From positions 62,001 to 126,000 of the IMG/VR virus record IMGVR_UViG_3300021520_000002: a DNA stretch of 64,000 nucleotides, one strand, 5' to 3'. The notes under the pieces were generated by a model. That model was given only the letters and a program-made list of their open reading frames with translations, was not told the DNA's origin and did no database searches. The position numbers were made by a program, and so were the translations under genes. Shown here piece after piece: positions 58,568-64,000 of this stretch. The first letter of the stretch is position 1. The number at the start of each line of letters is the position of its first letter.

Positions 58568-59215
58568 TTATTTCCAATTATCCTGAATCACCACTTTTCC
58601 ATCAATATGGGTGTGGCGTCCAATTTTATCTATGAGTTTATCATGTTCTAATATTATATCTATTAATCTATCATTAATTACAGAAATTTCTCCATCAATT
58701 CTTTTCATCCATGCTATTACAGCTTCAGAGAAAGATGAGACTTCCACTATTCCTTTAACTGTTTTCTCTTTAGGTTCTTCAATAATAGTTTTCTGTTTAG
58801 GTTCTTCAAAGATAGATTTTATCTTTTGTTGTCTTGTAATAAGTTCTCTTGGTGGAACTACAAATTTCAAATCCCAATCAAAAGTATACTTTTCTAAAGC
58901 AACCCAAGGATTTGTTATTTTAGGTAATTTTATAACTCTTTTATAAAATTCTTCCCAAGACACAGCACTTTTTACAATTGTTGCCAATTTAAAAAGTATA
59001 GTATCAGGAATCAATACAATATCGTTACCAGTTATTCCTAATTTTTTATTTCTAAGTTTTGAAGCATTAAATGTTTTGATAAGAGTAGTTGCTATTTTAT
59101 ATCTAAGAGTTTCGATATCATCACATTTATGTTTCATTGCCGATAAAATAAAATCTATTTGTTTTCCATTTAATTTTTTAAATTCTTCTATTATTTGACT
59201 GTATTGTTTACTCAT
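58568..59215 (-). CDS. hypothetical protein
   Basis: AAGGAG RBS; 215 aa. Confidence 0.65.
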   Translation of the reverse strand: MSKQYSQIIEEFKKLNGKQIDFILSAMKHKCDDIETLRYKIATTLIKTFNASKLRNKKLGITGNDIVLIPDTILFKLATIVKSAVSWEEFYKRVIKLPKITNPWVALEKYTFDWDLKFVVPPRELITRQQKIKSIFEEPKQKTIIEEPKEKTVKGIVEVSSFSEAVIAWMKRIDGEISVINDRLIDIILEHDKLIDKIGRHTHIDGKVVIQDNWK

Positions 59216-59216
59216 T

Positions 59217-59762
59217 TTACTCCTTTAGTAATTGAGTATATAAGTTCATTACATGTTTAGCTTGCTTATGAGCTACAGGATTGTTTCCACCTTTATATAA
59301 AGCAAGCGCCTTTTGTAAGTCTCCATTCGTTTCTTTTAGTTTTTGTTGCAGAATACGTACTCCATGTAAAGTATCTACATCGCTAAAAGAACTTGCTGTT
59401 GGTGTTTGTAGAATTCCTTTATATCTAACAGGAGTTCTATTTTTAGGTCCAACTGCTTGTTCGTCAAAATTTGATTCTGTTTTCATAAGAGCAGTAATTA
59501 ATTTATTATTAAGTCCTGTTTGTTTATGTGAAACTAGAATCGCCTTTACCAGTTCCGGTACTTTATTTTTTGGAGCATGAAGTCTATTTAAATCTTTTTC
59601 AATTTGTTCTGATAATAATTGATCTTTTGTTTTTAAAATTTCTATTTTTATTTCTTGCTTTTTTAGTACCGGCACTGGCAATGAATTGTTCAAACTATTA
59701 TATGTAACTACTACAAAGTATATACACATACATTGAATAAACAGTCTTGTCAGTAACTTCAT
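59217..59762 (-). CDS. lytic transglycosylase (SLT) with N-terminal signal/anchor
   Basis: ALMKTESNF, GILQ, ALALYKGG; hydrophobic N-terminus. Confidence 0.8.
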   Translation of the reverse strand: MKLLTRLFIQCMCIYFVVVTYNSLNNSLPVPVLKKQEIKIEILKTKDQLLSEQIEKDLNRLHAPKNKVPELVKAILVSHKQTGLNNKLITALMKTESNFDEQAVGPKNRTPVRYKGILQTPTASSFSDVDTLHGVRILQQKLKETNGDLQKALALYKGGNNPVAHKQAKHVMNLYTQLLKE

Positions 59763-59775
59763 TATATACTACCTC

Positions 59776-59928
59776 CTAAGTTTTTCTATTATCATTCTCT
59801 GAAATTTTTTGAGCTTTTTCTTGTGCTTTATTTGCAAATTCATTAACTTTATTTCTAAATTTATTACTATAAATGTATAGGCTTATCGCCCATCCAATAA
59901 TTAGTATTATCCAAAACCAATCCATCAT
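59776..59928 (-). CDS. 50-aa single-TM protein (paralog B), not in ORF track
   Basis: MMDWFWIILIIGWAISLYIYSNKFRNKVNEFANKAQEKAQKISENDNRKT*. Confidence 0.65.
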   Translation of the reverse strand: MMDWFWIILIIGWAISLYIYSNKFRNKVNEFANKAQEKAQKISENDNRKT

Positions 59929-60081
59929 TTATACCTTATCTTTATCTGAAATATCTTGAGCTGTACCTTTTATTTTATCTGCTCCAGCATCAACAACTTT
60001 TTTGAATGTTTTACTATAAATATATAAGGTTATCATCCAACCTATAAAACATATTATTGCTGCCCACACCCAAAAGTCCAT
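59929..60081 (-). CDS. 50-aa single-TM protein (paralog A), not in ORF track
   Basis: AAGGAGGT RBS; MDFWVWAAIICFIGWMITLYIYSKTFKKVVDAGADKIKGTAQDISDKDKV*. Confidence 0.7.
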   Translation of the reverse strand: MDFWVWAAIICFIGWMITLYIYSKTFKKVVDAGADKIKGTAQDISDKDKV

Positions 60082-60094
60082 ATTAACCTCCTTT

Positions 60095-60361
60095 TTAGTC
60101 GTTTCTTATATCAATGATTTTTGCTAAATAAATTGAATAAGAATTTTTTGGATCTTTTTCTTCAAATTTAAATAAATTATTTAAATATTTTGAAATTTTA
60201 TTTCTTTTCTTTAAAATAAGAGTATGAGTTGATGTGAAATCACTAAATTGTTCTTCTGTTATAATATTTTCAGTAACTAATTGTTTAAGAATAACTTCTT
60301 TAATATTATCACCAAAATTTTGTAGATCTTCAAATGAGTAATCAAAATGTTCTATTATCAT
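60095..60361 (-). CDS. hypothetical protein
   Basis: GAGGT RBS. Confidence 0.6.
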   Translation of the reverse strand: MIIEHFDYSFEDLQNFGDNIKEVILKQLVTENIITEEQFSDFTSTHTLILKKRNKISKYLNNLFKFEEKDPKNSYSIYLAKIIDIRND

Positions 60362-60385
60362 TTTACCTCTTTTTGTTAGATTGAG

Positions 60386-60457
60386 TTGCAGGGGTCAGAC
60401 TTGAACTGACGACTTGAAGCTTATGAGGCTTCCACGCTACCTCTGCGTCACCCTGCA
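60386..60457 (-). tRNA. tRNA with CAT anticodon (elongator Met or Ile2), CCA not encoded
   Basis: TGCAGGG...GAAGC-CTCATAA-GCTTC...GTCAG-TTCAAGT-CTGAC-CCCTGCA-A. Confidence 0.88.
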
Positions 60458-60470
60458 AATCTTTTAAGAA

Positions 60471-60542
60471 GGAGGAATTGGCTCAACTTTCCCTAAATTA
60501 TTGTCGACAATTAAATGTCATCGGATGTTTGGCCATTCCTCC
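60471..60542 (-). ncRNA. candidate small structured RNA upstream of the CAT tRNA
   Basis: Closing helix GGAGGAAT(T)GGC/GCCA(A)TTCCTCC with an inner ATTGTCGACAAT palindrome. Confidence 0.35.
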
Positions 60543-60546
60543 CAGT

Positions 60547-60771
60547 TTATTCTTTTTTTGTTTCTTCATTAAACCGCTTAAGAGTTTCAACGGCTCCTTC
60601 TAATTCTTTGCCGCATTTTTCACAAACTATTAAAGGTTCAGGACAAGGATCATCTTCAGGATTATAATCATATACTCCTTTTTTAACTACCTTTCCTTCT
60701 AGAGTGGCAAAAACTTTATCACCCTTCTTTAATGGCTGTTGACAAATGTAGCAGTTCTTAGCTGCTGCCAT
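60547..60771 (-). CDS. small zinc-finger protein
   Basis: CYIC...CEKC; AGGAGG RBS. Confidence 0.65.
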   Translation of the reverse strand: MAAAKNCYICQQPLKKGDKVFATLEGKVVKKGVYDYNPEDDPCPEPLIVCEKCGKELEGAVETLKRFNEETKKE

Positions 60772-60787
60772 AATTTAACCTCCTATT

Positions 60788-61288
60788 TTATAAATAACAG
60801 AAGATAACTTCTTCTGGAGTTATCTTTTCTAAAATTTTTAAAACAACATCTTTATCTAATCCTCCATTACTCACTCCTGGTATCGGCAAATAAACTTCTT
60901 TAAGATTATTATCTTTTATTAAATAACTTAATTGAATCATACTTCTTTGAATAAGTCCTAAATCAGCTTTACACCAGAAACCTGGAACATTTTCATCTGT
61001 TGGTTTAAATCTTGGTTTAATATGATCTAGTGTTTGTTCATAATTTCCATATGATGGTTTAACTGGAAAAACTATAATTCTTTCATATATAAATCCAACA
61101 ATATTTCCATATTTTTCTAAATGTTGTCCTAAATTTTTTGGAAGATCTAAAATTAATTTTGCCATAGCAAGAGCATTACCTCTACCAAGAACACCCTCTT
61201 TTGATTTTTTTATATATCCATTTGTAGTGATACACACAATTTTACCTTGTTTCCAAAGTTCTACTATATTAGCTTTTATTATTTTCAT
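60788..61288 (-). CDS. macrodomain-like (ADP-ribose-binding/hydrolase) protein
   Basis: ITTNGY...GVLGRGNA, FPVK, ADLGLIQRS, LPIPGVSNGGL; ATG 61288 (ORF track 61333). Confidence 0.7.
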   Translation of the reverse strand: MKIIKANIVELWKQGKIVCITTNGYIKKSKEGVLGRGNALAMAKLILDLPKNLGQHLEKYGNIVGFIYERIIVFPVKPSYGNYEQTLDHIKPRFKPTDENVPGFWCKADLGLIQRSMIQLSYLIKDNNLKEVYLPIPGVSNGGLDKDVVLKILEKITPEEVIFCYL

Positions 61289-61457
61289 TTCGTTCTCGTC
61301 GTGAACTTCTATCAAAAGCAATACTTGCTCCAATAAGTCCTAGAATAGAAACAATTAATACAACCAAGAAAGCTCCCAATATAAATTTAGGAAAAAATAT
61401 ACAAAGCCCTAAAACTATTGCTCCAAATAAACTAAATATCTTAGCTATTGCACTCAC
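61269..61457 (-). CDS. small two-TM membrane protein
   Basis: AAGGAGG RBS; two hydrophobic helices. Confidence 0.6.
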   Translation of the reverse strand: MSAIAKIFSLFGAIVLGLCIFFPKFILGAFLVVLIVSILGLIGASIAFDRSSRRERNENNKS

Positions 61458-61491
61458 ACTTCCTCCTTAAGGATATGTATTTAATTTTATT

Positions 61492-61501
61492 ATTTCTATA
61501 T
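61492..61501 (-). promoter_or_regulatory. putative phage promoter motif ATATAGAAAT(AATAAA)
   Basis: Upstream of 61457. Confidence 0.55.
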
Positions 61502-61580
61502 ATAAATAGATAATATTAAATTTGAGTTTAAGAATAAAAATTAGGGCGTCTTTGATGACGCCACTTGTTTTTTGTTGATA

Positions 61581-62288
61581 TTATTTTACTCGATTATCAA
61601 ATGTTCTCATTATTCTTATATTAATTTTATTTTCAGTTAACATATTACATATTGCATCTCTGAGATTTTCAAATTTTTCTTTAGTTGGTTCTGGTAAATT
61701 AACTTGTTTGTATCTTGAATTTACTCCAAGCCAAACATATTCTGGATTAATTTTTTTAATCATTTTTAAAAATTCATCATGATCAAAATCCATAACTGGT
61801 TCTATTGTTAGAATTTTATGAGGCCAATTTAATTTTAGAAATTGTCTATATCTAACTATTGGCGCTGGTGCTTTTGAAATTTTTTCATAACCATCATTTC
61901 TATTGGTTTCTAATGTTGTTATTAATTTCACATTATCTGGTAATATATCTAGAAATTGTTCAAAATATTTTGGTCTCTTACTTTGCATGAAGAATATTTT
62001 ATTTTTATGCTTTATATTACTCATACTTTTAATTATTTTGATAGTAAATTCTGGATCACAAAATGATATATCTCCGTTACCACATACAAATATTGTTTTA
62101 GCACTAGGTATTTTATCTAGCCTATCTGGATGTGTATGTGGAATAAAGTTATAACAATCAATACATCTCTTTTTCTGTCGTTTAGCTTGTGCTTGAAAAC
62201 TGGGTTTACAGTATTCACAATCAAACTCGCAACCTTTAAATGGGTTCCATGTCTTCACATTTGTATACATATTTGATTTTGTTGTCAT
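61581..62288 (-). CDS. DUF5131 (phage Gp37/Gp68) radical-SAM-like protein
   Basis: TWNPFKGCEFDCEYC, IFVCGNGD, QSKRP, TTLETN, TIEP. Confidence 0.75.
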   Translation of the reverse strand: MTTKSNMYTNVKTWNPFKGCEFDCEYCKPSFQAQAKRQKKRCIDCYNFIPHTHPDRLDKIPSAKTIFVCGNGDISFCDPEFTIKIIKSMSNIKHKNKIFFMQSKRPKYFEQFLDILPDNVKLITTLETNRNDGYEKISKAPAPIVRYRQFLKLNWPHKILTIEPVMDFDHDEFLKMIKKINPEYVWLGVNSRYKQVNLPEPTKEKFENLRDAICNMLTENKINIRIMRTFDNRVK

Positions 62289-62301
62289 TTATTTTTCCTT
62301 T

Positions 62302-62336
62302 AATCGGCAAGATTCTATTTCTAGATCTTGCCGATT
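62302..62336. repeat. intergenic palindrome copy 8
   Basis: AATCGGCAAGATTCTATTTCTAGATCTTGCCGATT; core is the exact reverse complement of copy 3. Confidence 0.95.
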
Positions 62337-62341
62337 TTTAT

Positions 62342-63073
62342 TTATTCTTCAACATATCCAATTTTCTTATTTGGTGAATACTTAATATTCTTAATATCAT
62401 GTTCTTCTTTAATGAATATTATTATTCCCATAACAGCTTGTGAATGTGAATATTGATATGATTCTGGGTATAAATACCAATGATCTGGTATCCAATATAA
62501 TTTCTTCAATTCTTTTAAAACATCAAATATTGAATATTTAAGTCTTTCAGATTTTGAATATGGATTAACTAATATAAAATTTGAAATTAACATTAATTCA
62601 TTTCCAATATTATAATCAATTAATGACATAATCTTTTTCAGATATTGTACACTATTTTTTGGTTGCATTACACCATCATAATTGATTATAGATATTTTAG
62701 GATTATAAATAACAACTTTTTCTAATTCTTCTACAAAATCTCCATGTATCCAATTAATATTCGGAAAAAATCTTTTATTTTCTTCAATAATAATTTCTTC
62801 TCTATCAACTCCAAAATACTGATCTGGACGAATTAGACCTTTTTCTGTTATATAACCTAATTCACCTTTTATTGGTTTATCTTTGTTGAAGTGTGAACCA
62901 CACATTGCCCAATATTGACCATCTTCTGGAATTGATTTTCTTCCAAATATTTCTTTATATAAATTCACTATGGTAATAAAACGAGAAATCTTTTTCTGTT
63001 TTACATCCCATGGTGCGTTATATATATAATTTGGTAGAGATGATTTTTTATTAAAGTGAGGGTTGAGTTGCAT
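62342..63073 (-). CDS. putative SAM-dependent methyltransferase-fold protein
   Basis: YWAMCG...YFGVDRE...WIHGDF...IINYDG spacing fits Rossmann MTase strands; ATG 63073 (ORF track 63115). Confidence 0.45.
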   Translation of the reverse strand: MQLNPHFNKKSSLPNYIYNAPWDVKQKKISRFITIVNLYKEIFGRKSIPEDGQYWAMCGSHFNKDKPIKGELGYITEKGLIRPDQYFGVDREEIIIEENKRFFPNINWIHGDFVEELEKVVIYNPKISIINYDGVMQPKNSVQYLKKIMSLIDYNIGNELMLISNFILVNPYSKSERLKYSIFDVLKELKKLYWIPDHWYLYPESYQYSHSQAVMGIIIFIKEEHDIKNIKYSPNKKIGYVEE

Positions 63074-63998
63074 ATGATTTCCTTGGTTTTGGATTTTTTC
63101 TCTTAATATGAGCAAAAATTTCAGGATATTTTTGAATTGCTCGTACTAATCCTGAATAACCATTATTTTTTAACCAATTATGGTTTGGTAATCCATTATG
63201 TTTTTTAGCTAATTCTTCAGAAATTTTAATCCATTCATCAATAGATTTTGTTATATATTGTCTCTTAATATGATCAAATTTTTCTGGATATCTTGTAAGC
63301 ATACCTGCCAATCCAGAATAACCATTATTTTTTAACCATTTAACAGTTGGTAATCCATTATGTTTCTTAGCTAATTCTTCAGCAATTTTAACCCATTCAC
63401 TACACAATATTCTTTTTTTCTGTCTCTTAATATGTGCAAATTTTTCTGGATATTTTGTAAGCATAGCTATTAATCCTGAATATCCATTATCTTTTAACCA
63501 TGTTGAATTTGGTAATCCATTATGTTTCTTAGCTAATTCTTCTGAAAATTTAATCCATTCATCAATAGATTTTCTTACTTCTTTCTGTTTCTTAATATGA
63601 GCAAATTTTTCTGGATATTTTGTAAGCATACCTGACAATCCTGAATAACCATTATTTTTTAACCAATCATGGTTTGGTAATCCATTATGTTTCTTAGCTA
63701 ATTCTTCAGCAATTTTAACCCATTCATCTGGAGAAATCATTCTTTTCTGTCTCTTAATATGTGCAAATTTTTCTGGATATTTTGTAAGCATAGCTATTAA
63801 TCCTGAATATCCATTGTTTTTTAACCATTTAGGTGTTGGTAATCCATTATGTTTCTTAGCTAATTCTTCAGCAATTTTAACCCATTCATCACATGTTTTT
63901 AACTTACTCTCATAAACTTCTCTAAACTTCTTAAAATGATCAATTCCACAAGTCTTTGTTGCAAATATTAGAAGATCTTTAAATATCTCATTAATAAA
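63051..63998 (-). CDS. protein with five C-terminal ~54-aa tandem repeats (5' truncated by window edge)
   Basis: Frame stays open from 63998; repeat EWxKxxEELAKKHNGLPxxxWLKxNGYSGLxxMLTKYPEKFAHIKRQ. Confidence 0.8.
   Translation of the reverse strand, partial: FINEIFKDLLIFATKTCGIDHFKKFREVYESKLKTCDEWVKIAEELAKKHNGLPTPKWLKNNGYSGLIAMLTKYPEKFAHIKRQKRMISPDEWVKIAEELAKKHNGLPNHDWLKNNGYSGLSGMLTKYPEKFAHIKKQKEVRKSIDEWIKFSEELAKKHNGLPNSTWLKDNGYSGLIAMLTKYPEKFAHIKRQKKRILCSEWVKIAEELAKKHNGLPTVKWLKNNGYSGLAGMLTRYPEKFDHIKRQYITKSIDEWIKISEELAKKHNGLPNHNWLKNNGYSGLVRAIQKYPEIFAHIKRKNPKPRKSYATQPSL
63103..63892 (-). repeat. five ~162-bp tandem coding repeats
   Basis: Near-identical units with CCATTC anchors at about 63231, 63393, 63556, 63721 and 63882. 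Confidence 0.9.
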
Positions 63999-64000
63999 TA

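Noticed and set aside
3429-59580. Other short ORFs nested in or antisense to long genes (e.g. 3429, 6526, 7468, 11812, 12351, 12717, 16130, 16543, 34784, 35020, 58611, 59281)
   Set aside because: Fully overlap well-supported genes and have shadow-like composition.
60471-60542. Hammerhead ribozyme (CCGATGA...GAAA on the minus strand)
   Set aside because: Core deviates from CUGANGA, and there is no stem I or properly placed cleavage triplet.
10995-62336. Palindromes plus the Cas4-like gene as a CRISPR system
   Set aside because: Copies are kilobases apart with no repeat-spacer array, and there are no cas1/cas2 or effector genes in the window.
63103-63892. Diversity-generating retroelement TR/VR pair or CRISPR array
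   Set aside because: Repeats are in-frame coding units, differences are not adenine-specific, and no reverse transcriptase is in the window.
1-64000. Stop-codon reassignment as in some jumbo phages
   Set aside because: Core genes are full length in code 11, all three stops terminate genes, and no suppressor tRNA was seen.

Overview
A 64-kb, very AT-rich segment (about 28% GC by eye) of a jumbo myovirus read in the standard code. The + strand block (1 to ~45.2 kb) holds replication/recombination and virion genes: a RecA/UvsX-like recombinase, a solo Cas4-like nuclease, a probable phiKZ gp68/AR9 gp226-like RNAP specificity subunit, two tail-tube paralogs, baseplate proteins, large terminase, a tape measure with a lytic transglycosylase domain, a DnaB/gp41-like helicase split by an HNH-carrying group I intron, portal, prohead protease, major capsid and tail sheath. 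The - strand block (~45.2 to 64 kb) is accessory: all four steps of ADP-heptose synthesis (HldC-GmhA fusion, HldA, GmhB), an Apyc1-like MBL hydrolase, macrodomain and metallophosphoesterase proteins, an HNH-AP2 endonuclease, an SLT enzyme, a DUF5131 radical-SAM-like protein, a tandem-repeat protein, three tRNAs and several unexplained structured RNAs. Unexplained structure: (i) eight intergenic ATCGGCAAGATC-loop-GATCTTGCCGAT palindromes plus a ninth split around a small gene, with the TTGCCGAT core also scattered in coding DNA; (ii) unrelated small proteins sharing an N-terminal M[IL]S[IV]xxLFE leader, a candidate capsid-targeting signal, some physically linked to the palindrome; (iii) a hairpin after the tail-tube gene whose loop is complementary to an unusual GGAGGCG(TA) ribosome-binding site found at six core genes; (iv) a 170-nt tRNA-like RNA with a ~95-nt variable-arm insertion. 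Family assignments come from recognising motifs by eye, not from database searches.
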